From Anaeramoeba ignava BMAN (lineage: Eukaryota; Protista; Anaeramoebae), in assembly GCA_028826165.1 (NCBI GenBank), contig JAPDFW010000083.1, positions 285,659 to 349,658 on the forward strand: DNA of 64,000 nt. Reading direction: 5' to 3'. Below the pieces are notes generated by a model. That model searched no databases. It was not told the DNA's origin and worked only from the letters and a program-made list of their open reading frames with translations. Positions within the stretch are counted from its first letter, which is position 1, and each line of letters opens with the position of its first letter. Made by a program: the position numbers and the translations under genes. Below are positions 12,606 to 23,500 of this stretch, in pieces.

Positions 12606-15600
12606 TTAAAGATTATGCATTGCATTAACAAAATTAACGAAATTACCCCAATTTGATTGATTATCAACCAAATCACTTGATAATCTCAAGTAAGTAAAAG
12701 CAGTAATTCCTTCTCTTGCAACAGATTCAATTCTGCCATAAGAATCATTATCATAACAAGTCAAAGCATTTTCACCACTATAAGGAACACCATGATTAAG
12801 ACTATCATGAAGAGTTAATTGAACCAATTCTTGTGGACCACATTTGGCATAACTTGGTTGAGATGAATCACTCATTTCCAAGCAAGTGAAATCAAAAACA
12901 ACCCCATGTTTTTTGAACATAGATGCAATATCGTTATATCCATCATGATTGATTGTATCATAATATCCTGCTGTTAATTCTGCTGCATGTGAATCAGTCA
13001 TGTACCACCAATGAACTCCACTGATTTTTGCTGCTATTCTCATATTATAACTTCCAAAAATGTTTTTTGCTATTCCCAGTATTTGATCTCCATGATTTAT
13101 TAAGACGTTTGTATACCAAGCTTTTATTTTTTTTAAATTATTTTTAATTAATTTTTTTAAATAATTTCTTAAATAATTTCTTAAATAATTTCTTAAATAA
13201 TTTCTTAAATAATTTCTTGAATAATTTCTTAAATAATTTCTTAAATAATTTCTTAAATAATTTCTTAAATAATTTTAAATAATTTCTTAAATAATTTCTT
13301 AAATAATTTCTTAAATAATTTTTTAAATAATTTCTTAAATAATTTCTTAAATAATTTCTTAAATAATTTTTTAAATAATTTTTAAATAATTTTTAAATAA
13401 TTTCTTTAAATAATTTTCTTAAATAATTTTTAAATAATTTCTTAAATAATTTCTTAAATAATTTCTTAAATAATTTTAAATAATTTCTTAAATAATTTCT
13501 TAAATAATTTCTTAAATAATTTCTTAAATAATTTCTTAAATAATTTCTTAAATAATTTTTAAATATTTTTAAATAATTTCTTAAATAATTTTTTAAATAA
13601 TTTCTTAAATAATTTCTTAAATAATTTCTTAAATAATTTCTTAAATAATTTTCTTAAATAATTTCTTAAATAATTTCTTAAATAATTTTTAAATAATTTC
13701 TTAAATAATTTTTTTAAATAATTTTTAAATAATTTTTAAATAATTTTTAAATAATTTCTTAAATAATTTCTTAAATAATTTCTTAAATAATTTCTTAAAT
13801 AATTTTTAAATAATTTTTAAATAATTTCTTAAATATTTTCTTAAATAATTTCTTAAATATTTTTATAAATAATTTCTTAAATAATTTCTTAAATAATTTC
13901 TTAAATATTTTTTTAAATATTTTTTTAAATAATTTCTTAAATAATTTCTTAAATAATTTCTTAAATAATTTCTTAAATAATTTCTTAAATAATTTCTTAA
14001 ATAATTTCTTAAATAATTTCTTAAATAATTTCTTAAATAATTTCTTAAATAATTTCTTAAATATTTTCTTAAATAATTTCTTTACTTAAAAAGAAATCTC
14101 CATAAGCAGAAGACCAATTATCTCCTCCATTATCAGAGAAAAATCCAGTTTGAGAGGGTAAACTATTATATGTTCCTGCATTGTTTGGACCTGCATGACC
14201 CCAATCTAATTAATAAAAGATAAATCATTTTAATTTGAATATTGAATTGAATATTGAATATTGAATATTGAATTGAATATTGAATATTGAATATTGAATA
14301 TAATTGAATATAATTGAATTTTGAATATTGAATATAATTGAATATAATTGAATTTTGAATATTGAATATTGAATATTGAATTTAAATTGAATTAAATTTA
14401 CCTGAATGTCCATTTTCATTTGCATAATTTTGTAAATCAGAAAGCATGTACTTATCATAACATTGGAATTCACCCTAAAATTAAAATCAAAATTAATAAA
14501 TTAAATTTAAAATTAAAATTAATAAATTAAAATGATTTACAATTCCAGGGAATTGCCATAAATTATCTTGAAGTTGATAAGATGGATATCTCATTTCTCC
14601 AGAAGGACCAAGACCAACTTGAACCTTAAATATTTTTTCAATTAAATTAATATTTTTTTCAATTTAATTTTGATTTTGATTTATTTTGATTTTGAATTTT
14701 ATTTTGATTTTGAATTTTGATTTATTTTGATTTTGATTTTGATTTTGATTTATTTTGATTTATTTTGATTTATTTTGATTTATTTTGATTTATTTTGATT
14801 TTAAATATAAGTTCTTTTTTTTACTTCAACAATTGATGAACCTAAATCTGAACCAAATGTGTTTTTAAATGAAGTCATAAAATCTTGATAAACATTAATT
14901 GCTGTTCTTCCATTCAAAACTGCTCTATTATCAATACTAAGAGATAAATATTCTTGGTCTCTGTGTCCATGCATATCGGTATAAAAGATATCAGCTAAAA
15001 ACAATATTAATTTTGATTTTGATTTTGATTTTGATTTTGATTTTGATTTTAATTTTAATTTTGATTTTGATTTTGATTTTAATTTTGATTTTGATTTTGA
15101 TTTTGATTTTGATTTTGATTTTGATTTTAATTTTAAATTTTGATTTAATTTTGATTTTAATTATAATTTTGATTTTAAATTTTGATTTTAATTTTAATTT
15201 TAAATTTTAATTTTGATTTTGATTTTGATTTTGATTTTGATTTTGATTTTGATTTTGATTTTAATTTTATTTTTTAATTTTATTTTTTAATTTTAATTTT
15301 ATAAAAAATTACGATTTGATTGACCAACAGAAAGAACCCAAGGAGGTAATAAAATATAACATTGATCTCCAACATTTATTCCACATTGATCTAAAAAGAA
15401 AAAAAAAAAGAAAAAGAAAAATAAATTTAAATAAAAAATTCTATTTAAAATTAAAAAAAATAAAAAAAATAATAAATTACGAAAAGACATAACACATTGT
15501 AATTTCAGACCAGCATTCTTAACAAGAGTTAATAATTGTTGATAACTAAATTAAAATAAGTTAAAATTGAATTAAATTTTTTAATATAAATTTTTTAATA

Positions 15601-15967
15601 TAAAAAATTGAAATAATGAATTTATAATTATTTTCACTTACGCAGACCAATTATATTGTTTTTCTTCTTTTTCAACAATTCCCCACCAAACATCAGTCAT
15701 AACTCCTTCAACATTTCCTGATTTTAATTTTTGAAACCAAGTTGCTAATTGAGTTGGATTGTTCAAAGTTCCATCATTATTTACAGTATCCAAAGGAAGC
15801 ATTACTTTAATTTAATTTATTTTTTAATTTTTTATTTTTAATTTTTATTTTTAATTTTTATTTTTTATTTTTTTATTTTTTAAACCATAAACTGGCACAT
15901 TTGTTGATTTAATCCCAAATGTGTAAATTGAGAAACAAAAGAAAAAAACAAAAAACCAAGTTTTCAT
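12606..15967 (-). CDS. Secreted beta-amylase (GH14), 9 exons
   Basis: Spliced motifs VPVYVMLPLD, GVMTDVWWGIVE, QCGINVGD, VQVGLGPSGEMRYPSY, FPGIGEFQCYD, KISGVHWWY, HAAELTAGYY, FTCLEM, GENAL and FTYLR. N-terminal signal peptide MKTWFFVFFFCFSIYTFG. Confidence 0.95.
13125..14083. repeat. Intronic 13-bp satellite (AAATAATTTCTTA)n
   Basis: Fills almost the whole last intron of beta-amylase. Confidence 0.95.
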
Positions 15968-16019
15968 TTTCAATCCAATTTGAAAAAAAAAATGAAAATA
16001 AAAATTTCACAAAAAAATA

Positions 16020-16645
16020 TTTTTTTCCTTTTTTTTTCATTTAAATTTAAATTTGATTTTGATTTTGAATTTGAATTTGAATTTTGATTTTGATTTTAAT
16101 TTTGAATTTAAATTTGAATTTAAATTTGATTTGAATTTGATTTTGAATTTGAATTTGAATTTGATTTTGATTTTGAATTTGAATTTGATTTTGAATTTAA
16201 ATTTGAATTTAAATTTGATTTTGAATTTGATTTTGAATTTGATTTTGAATTTAAATTTGATTTTGATTTTGAATTTTTTGATTTTGATTTTGATTTTAAA
16301 TTTGATTTTGATTTTAAATTTGATTTTGATTTTAAATTTGATTTTGATTTTGATTTTGAATTTGATTTTGATTTTGAATTTAAATTTTGAATTTGAATTT
16401 GAATTTGAATTTCAATTTCAATTTGAATTTCAATTTCAATTTGAATTTAAATTTGATTTTGAATTTGAATTTGAATTTGAATTTGATTTTAAATTTGATT
16501 TTGATTTTGAATTTAAATTTGATTTTAAATTTGATTTTGATTTTGAATTTGAATTTGATTTTGATTTTGAATTTAAATTTAAATTTGAATTTGAATTTGA
16601 TTTTGAATTTGAATTTTAATTTTAATTTGAATTTGATTTTGAATT
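16020..16645. repeat. Hexamer low-complexity tract (TTTGAA/TTTGAT/TTTAAA)n
   Basis: Direct inspection; source of the spurious LN/FE/KF ORFs. Confidence 0.9.
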
Positions 16646-16654
16646 GTTTTTCTA

Positions 16655-16876
16655 TCAAAGAGCTAACACTAAATGTATGATTGAACCATCAATAATTCCA
16701 TAATAAGAAAATGTTTTTTCATCTTCCAAAATAACTCCTGCAAAAACTAATCTTTGACCCATTGGTGGAATTCCCATTTTATTTTCAATTTTATCTTTTA
16801 ATTTCATAATTGAATCATTTGGTTTAATATCAAATAAATATTTTGTTCCAGTTAAAGTTTTAACAGAAATTTCCAT
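16655..16876 (-). CDS. Ubiquitin/NEDD8-like protein lacking C-terminal diGly
   Basis: MEISVKTLTG..GIPPMGQRLVFAGVILED..IHLVLAL* (beta-grasp fold motifs). Confidence 0.8.
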   Translation of the reverse strand: MEISVKTLTGTKYLFDIKPNDSIMKLKDKIENKMGIPPMGQRLVFAGVILEDEKTFSYYGIIDGSIIHLVLAL

Positions 16877-16972
16877 TTAAATTAATAATAAAAATAAAAA
16901 ATAAATCAAATATAATTTTAAATCTAAATGAATAAATAAAATGAAAAATGAAAAATATTTTTTTTTTCAAAT

Positions 16973-17203
16973 TTAATTTTCTCGAAGAAATAATATCAAA
17001 TAAATAATTGAACCATCAATAATTCCATAATAAGAAAATGTATTCCCATCTTCCAAAATAACTCCTGCAGAAAATAATCTTTGACTATTTGGCGGAATAC
17101 CCATTTCATCTTGAATTTTATCTTTTAATTTCTCAACCAAATCATTTGGTTCAACATCAAATAAATATTTTGTTCCAGTTAAAGTTATAAGACAAATTTC
17201 CAT
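16973..17203 (-). CDS. Ubiquitin-like protein lacking diGly (ends LFLREN)
   Basis: Paralog of 16655-16876; GIPPNSQRLFSAG. Confidence 0.8.
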   Translation of the reverse strand: MEICLITLTGTKYLFDVEPNDLVEKLKDKIQDEMGIPPNSQRLFSAGVILEDGNTFSYYGIIDGSIIYLILFLREN

Positions 17204-17254
17204 TTAAATTAATAATAAAAATAATAATAAAATTATTTCATTATTAAATAAAAA

Positions 17255-17383
17255 TAATCTTTGACTATTTGATAGAATTCTTATTTTATCTTGAATTTTA
17301 TCTTTTAATTTAATAATTAAATCATTTGGTTTAATATCAAATAAATATTTTGTTCCAGTTAAAGTTTTAACATAAATTTCCAT
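17255..17383 (-). pseudogene. Truncated ubiquitin-like copy
   Basis: ATG 17383 MEIYVKTLTGTKYLFDIKPND.. breaks off after the QRL segment. Confidence 0.65.
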
Positions 17384-17578
17384 TTAAATTAATAATAAAA
17401 ATAAAAAATAAATCAAATATAATTTTGAATCTAAATGAATAAATAAAATGAAGAAAAATGAAAAATATTTTTTCCGAAATTCGTTAAAATGGATATTTTT
17501 TTTTGGATTAACGAACCGAAAGAAGAAAAAAAAATCTTTTTACTTCCACTTTTTGAATTCATTTTTTCTTTCTTTTAA

Positions 17579-18154
17579 ATGCCACCAAAAGGATCAATAT
17601 CACGATCAAGAGGGAGAGCAACACCAAAAAGTAGAGTTGGAAGAAGTGCAACAGTGAAAAGAAAAGTTTACAAAGCACCAAAAATAAAAACAAGTGTGAA
17701 AAAACCAAAAACCAAAACGAAATCAATAAAACCATTAAAAACATCCGCATTCAGAAAATCGTCTGCTCAAACAACTTATCGCAATAAATCAAAAAGCAAA
17801 CAAAAAGAAAAAAAACACGTTTCTCATATTTATCCTCTTGAAATGGCAAAACAAGATTTCCAAAAAGCAAAAGGCAGAAAATCAATCCAAAAAATTCGAG
17901 AAGCTCTAAATCAACCTCAGAACTTTCAATTAGTCAATTCGGAGACAAATCTAAAAAAACATACGAGAATTGATCATAATTTGATGAAGAAAAGTGGAAC
18001 AAATCAAAAATTAACAATTGAAGAAACAAAAAGAGCAAAACAACAACTTAATGTTGTCACAAAAATAGCTCCAAAACTCGGCACAAATGTATTCAATATC
18101 GCAACAAAGAGATATGAAAATTTGAAAGATCCACAAGGAAAAAACTTAATTTGA
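17579..18154 (+). CDS. Basic 191-aa protein with possible HNH-like (beta-beta-alpha-Me) nuclease motif
   Basis: Intact intronless ORF. K/R-rich N-terminus, then HVSHIYPLE...LNQPQNFQLVNSETNLKKH. The CDS is well supported; the function is inferred from the motif only. Confidence 0.6.
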   Translation: MPPKGSISRSRGRATPKSRVGRSATVKRKVYKAPKIKTSVKKPKTKTKSIKPLKTSAFRKSSAQTTYRNKSKSKQKEKKHVSHIYPLEMAKQDFQKAKGRKSIQKIREALNQPQNFQLVNSETNLKKHTRIDHNLMKKSGTNQKLTIEETKRAKQQLNVVTKIAPKLGTNVFNIATKRYENLKDPQGKNLI

Positions 18155-18417
18155 GAAAAAATTTAAATCAAAAACAAATATTTCTTCTTCTTCTTCTTCT
18201 TTTTTTTAAATTCAAATTTACTTTTCATTAAAGTTCAGAATCATTTTAATTTTGAATTTGAATTTGAATTTGAATTTGAATTTTAATTTTGAATTTGATT
18301 TTAAATTTGAATTTGATTTTGATTTTGATTTTAATTTTGATTTAAATTTGATTTTGAATTTTGAATTTGAATTTGATTTAAATTTGATTTTGATTTTGAA
18401 TTTGAATTGTTTTTCTA

Positions 18418-18639
18418 TCAAAGAGCTAACACTAAATAAATAATTGAACCATCAACAATTCCATAATAAGAAAATGTTTTTTCATCTTCCAATCTCATAC
18501 ATGGAAAAACTAATCTTTGGCTATATAGCGGAATACCTATTTTATTTTCTATTTTATCTTTTAATTTAATAATTGAATCATTTGGTTCAACATCAAATAA
18601 ATATTTTGTTCCAGTTAAAGTTTTAACACAAATTTCCAT
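18418..18639 (-). CDS. Ubiquitin-like protein lacking diGly (ends LVLAL)
   Basis: Segmental duplicate of 16655-16876, including the same 3' flank. Confidence 0.75.
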   Translation of the reverse strand: MEICVKTLTGTKYLFDVEPNDSIIKLKDKIENKIGIPLYSQRLVFPCMRLEDEKTFSYYGIVDGSIIYLVLAL

Positions 18640-18760
18640 TTAAAATTAATAAAAATAATAAAATAAATCAAATATAATTTTAAATACAAATAATTATTTA
18701 TAAATTTGAATAAAGAAAAATGAAAAAAGAAAAATGAAAAATATTTTTTTCAAATTTAAT

Positions 18761-18985
18761 TTATCGAAGAAATAATATCAAAAAAATAATTGAACCATCA
18801 ATAATTCCATAATAAGAAAATGTATTCCCATCTTCCAAAATAACTCCTGCAGAAAATAACCTTTGACTATTTGGTGGAATTCCTATTTTATCTTGAATTT
18901 CATCTTTTAATTTAATAATTGAATCATTTGGTTCAATATCAAATAAATATTTTGTTCCAGCTAAAGTTTTAACACAAATTTCCAT
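18761..18985 (-). CDS. Ubiquitin-like protein lacking diGly (ends LFLR)
   Basis: Paralogous UBL ORF. Confidence 0.75.
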   Translation of the reverse strand: MEICVKTLAGTKYLFDIEPNDSIIKLKDEIQDKIGIPPNSQRLFSAGVILEDGNTFSYYGIIDGSIIFLILFLR

Positions 18986-19100
18986 TTAAATTAATAATAA
19001 AAATAATAAAATAAATCAAATATAATTTTAAATTTAAATAATTCTTTATAAATTTGAATAAAGAAAAAATAAAGAAAAATGAAAAATATTTTTTTCAAAT

Positions 19101-19331
19101 TTAATTTTGTCGAAGAAATAATATCATATGAACTATTGAACCATCAATCATTCCATAATAAGAAATAGTATTTTCATCTTTTAAAATAACTCCTGCAAAA
19201 AGTAATCTTTGACTATTTGGTGGAATTCCTATTTTATCTTGAATTTTATCTTTTAATTTCTCAACTAAATCATTTGGTTCAATATCAAAAAAATATTTCC
19301 TTCCAGTTAAAGTTATAAGACAAATTTCCAT
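19101..19331 (-). CDS. Ubiquitin-like protein lacking diGly (ends FLRQN)
   Basis: Paralogous UBL ORF. Confidence 0.75.
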   Translation of the reverse strand: MEICLITLTGRKYFFDIEPNDLVEKLKDKIQDKIGIPPNSQRLLFAGVILKDENTISYYGMIDGSIVHMILFLRQN

Positions 19332-19459
19332 TTAAATTAATAATAAAATAATAAAATAAATCAAATATAATTTTAAATCCAAATAATTATTTATAAATTT
19401 GAATAAAGAAAAAATGAAAAAAAATGAAAAATATTTTTTTTTCAAATTTAATTTTTGAT

Positions 19460-20415
19460 CTAGAAAATCCATCTTTCAAAATAACTTTAATCTTTGACTA
19501 TTTAGTGGAATTCTTATTTTATCTTGAATTTTATCTTTTAATTTAATAATTAAATCATTTGGTTCAATATCAAATAAATATTTTGTTCCAGTTAAAGTTT
19601 TAACATAAATTTCCATTTAAATTGATAATAAAAATAAAAAAAATCAAATAAATATTTCCTAATTTTTAGTAAAAATAAAAATTTTTAATTCTTAAAAAAT
19701 GAATAAAGAAAAAATAAAGAAAAAAAAATATTTTTCAAATTTAATTTATCGATTTTATCAAAAATAATCTTCAATAATTCCATAATAAGAAAATGTATTC
19801 CCATCTTCCAAAATAATTTTGACTATTTGGTGGAATTTCTATTTTTTTGAATTTTATCTTTTAATTTAATAATTAAATCATTTGGTTCAATATCAAATAA
19901 ATATTTTGTTCCAGTTAAAGTTTTAACATAAATTTCCATTTAAATTAATAAAAATAAATCAAAAATAAAAATAAATAAATAAATCAAATATAAAAATATT
20001 TTCAAAAAATAAAAATATCTTTGACTATTTGAAATTCTTTTAAAATAACTCCTGCAAAATTTTGAATTTTTATCTTGAATTTTATCTTTTTTTTAATTTA
20101 ATAATTAAATCATTTGGTTTAATATCAAATAAATATTTTGTTAAAGTTAAAATGGTTTTAACATAAATTTCCATTTAAAAATTAATAATAAAAATAAAAT
20201 AAAAGAAATTTTTTAAAAAAAAAATATAATTTTAAATAAAAAAAATTTTTGACTATTTGATGAAATTTATATTTTATCTGAATTTTATCTTTTAAAATTT
20301 AATATCAAATTAAAGTTAAAGTTTTAACATAAATTTCCATTTAAATTGATAATAAATATAAATAAATCAAAATATTTTTAAAAATTCCAGATAGAATTAA
20401 AGTTTTAACATAAAT
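19460..20415 (-). pseudogene. Series of progressively degraded UBL copies
   Basis: ATGGAAATTTATGTTAAAAC-type starts at 19616, 19939, 20174 and 20340, plus a remnant near 20400, each with internal deletions. Confidence 0.65.
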
Positions 20416-20599
20416 TTTTTAATTTAATAATAAAAATATTTCATTTTAATAAAATAATTAAATTGATCTTTTAGTAAAGAAATTTTAAAAAGAAAAATGA
20501 TTCATCAAAAAAAAAAATTAAAAATCAAAAAATTTTAAATCCAAAAAATTTGAAAAATTATCTTGAATTTTTCTTTTTTTTTTCTTTTTTTTTTGATTT

Positions 20600-23500
20600 T
20601 AATGGGAGTTTAAATTGAATCATAAAGAATCAAAATAAAATCAAATAATTTTGACTAAACCATTCTAAACGATGATCAACTTTATCTTTTTACTTCAACA
20701 ATCAAGTAAAAATAAAAAATAAAACGTTCAATTAAAAATTCAATTAAAAAAATTCAATTAAAAAATAATTATTTAAGAAAATAATCAAAATATAGAAATG
20801 ATTATTCGAATAATAAATAAACTTTCTCGTTGCAATAATTTAAAATATCAACAATATTCTTCAACAATTTTATATGAATTTTGGGGAAAAAGTTAGTTTA
20901 TTTTCCAAAAAAAAAATATTTCCACTTTTTTTAAAAATCAAAATTATTTAAAATTTAAAATTAAATTTTAAAAATTAAAAAACAAATTTTATAATCAAAA
21001 AGAATTAGAACATGAATTCTTTGATGAATTTTTTATCTTTTTTTTATAAAATTAAAATTAAATTTTAAAAGAAAAAATTCAGTTAAATATTGATTTTAAA
21101 CTGTTTTCAAATCAAATAATGGATTTTCAAGTTGGAAATTCAACTCAAATTCAACATTTTTGTGATTTAACTTGTTCAACATAATTTCTTTTTTTTAAGT
21201 TTTGGTGAATAATTAAATTTAAAAAATTTTTGAAAATTCAAAAATCTCTTTGATTTTTCCCTTACAGTTTTGAAAACAAATGAAAAACAAATTTAAAAAC
21301 AAATTTAAAACAAATTTAAAACAAATTTAAAACAAATTTAAAACGAAATTTAAAACAAATTTTAAAACAAATTTAAAACAAAATTTAAAAACAAATTTAA
21401 AACAAATTTAAAACAAATTTAAAACGAAATTTAAAACAAATTTTAAAAACAAATTTAAAACAAATTTAAAAACAAAACAAATTTAAAAAATTTAAAACAA
21501 AAAAAAAAATTTAAAACGAAATTTAAAACGAAATTTAAAACAAATTTAAAACAAATTAAAAACAAAATTTAAAACAAATTTAAAACAAATTTAAAAAAAC
21601 AAAATTTTTTGAAAACAAATTTAAAACAAATTTAAAACAAATTTTAAAAACAAATTTAAAACAAATTTAAAACAAATTTAAAACAAATTTAAAACAAATT
21701 TAAAAACAAATTTAAAACAAATTTAAAACAAATTTTAAAAACAAATTTTAAAACAAATTTAAAAACAAATTTAAAAAAACAAAATTTAAAAACAAATTTA
21801 AAAACAATTTTTTTAAAAAAAAATTTTAAAACAAATTTTAAAACAAATTTAAAAACAAATTTAAAACAAATTTAAAAACAAATTTTAAAACAAATTTTTA
21901 AAAACAAATTTAAAAAAAAACAAATTTAAAAACTGAAATTTAAAACAAATTTAAAAACAAATTTAAAAAACAAATTAAAAAAAACAAATTTAAAACAAAT
22001 TTAAAACAAATTTAAAACAAATTTAAAAAACAAAAACAATTTAAAAACAAATTTAAAACAAATTTAAAACAAATTTAAAAACAAATTTAAAACAAATTTA
22101 AAACAAATTTAAAACAAATTTAAAAACAATTTTTAAAAACAAATTTAAAAAAACAAATTTAAAAACAAATTTTAAAACAAATTTAAAACAATTTAAAAAC
22201 AAATTTAAAACAAATTTAAAAACAAATTTAAAACAAATTTAAAACAAATTTAAAAACAAATTTTTAAAACAAATTTAAAATTTTTTTTAAAAAAATTTAA
22301 AAAATATTTTAAAACAAATTTAAAACAAATTAAAAAAATTTAAAATTTAAAACAAATTTAAAACAAATTTAAAAACAAATTTAAAACAAATTTAAAAAAC
22401 AAATTTAAAAACAAATTTAAAAAAAATTTAAAACAAATTTAAAACAAATTTTAAAACAAAAAACAAAAAAACAAATTTAAAACAAATTTAAAACAAATTT
22501 AAAACAAATTTAAAAAAATTTAAAACAAATTAAAAACAAAAAATTTAAAAAAACAAATTTTAAAAAAAATTTAAAACAAATTTAAAACAAAATATTTTGA
22601 AAACAAAATTAAAAACAAATTTAAAAACAAATTTAAAAAACAATTTTAAAACAAATTTAAAACAAATTTAAAACAATTTAAAACGATAATTTTAAAACAA
22701 ATTTAAAACAAATTTAAAACAAATTTAAAACAAATTTTAAAGGAATTTTAAAAATTTAAAAAATTTAAAACAAATTTAAAAACAAATTTAAAACAAATTT
22801 AAAAATTTTAAAAAAAAATTTAAAACAAATTTAAAAAAATTAAAAACAATTTAAAAAATTTAAAACAAATTTAAAAACAAATTTAAAAACAATTTTAAAA
22901 CAAATTTAAAACGAATTTAAAAACAAAACAATTTTAAAACAAAAAGGAATTTAAAACAATTTAAAACAAATTTAAAAAATTTAAAACAATTTTAAAACAA
23001 ATTTAAAACAAATTTAAAACAAATTTAAAACAAATTTAAAACAATTTTAAAACAAATTTAAAACAAATTTAAAACAAATTTAAAAACAAATTTAAAACAA
23101 ATTTAAAAACAAATTTAAAACAAATTTAAAACAAATTTAAAACAAATTTAAAACAAAATATTTTAAAACAAAATTTAAAAACAAATTTAAAACAAAATAT
23201 TTTGAAAAGATTTTGAAAATATTTTGAAAAGATTTTGAAAAGATTTTGAAAAGATTTTAAAAAGATTTTTCAATAATGATTCTAAAAAACATTTTAAAAA
23301 ATTATAATAGAAGTAACTCATTCAGAATTTATTAAATCAATGATCCCTTCTCTTCGATTGCTTCTCAAATCTCAATCAAAAATTGTTCAAAGAAATATCC
23401 TAATTTCACTTACAGAATTAGTCAAAACTCGTATCAAAATAAATAATAATTCATTTTTATTGAATAAATTTATATTATTTTATTTTATTCTTTTAGATTG

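Noticed and set aside
16655-16660. Stop-codon readthrough restoring a ubiquitin RGG end, or an alternative genetic code
   Set aside because: TGA is followed directly by TAG and no GG codons follow; other genes translate and terminate normally with the standard code.
15013-16680. ORFs of poly-IL, LN, FE and KF (also at 31462-31801, 32676-33584, 44446-44830 and 50377-53975)
   Set aside because: Stop-free readings of hexamer microsatellites in introns or intergenic DNA, or antisense to Q/N tracts; no protein features.
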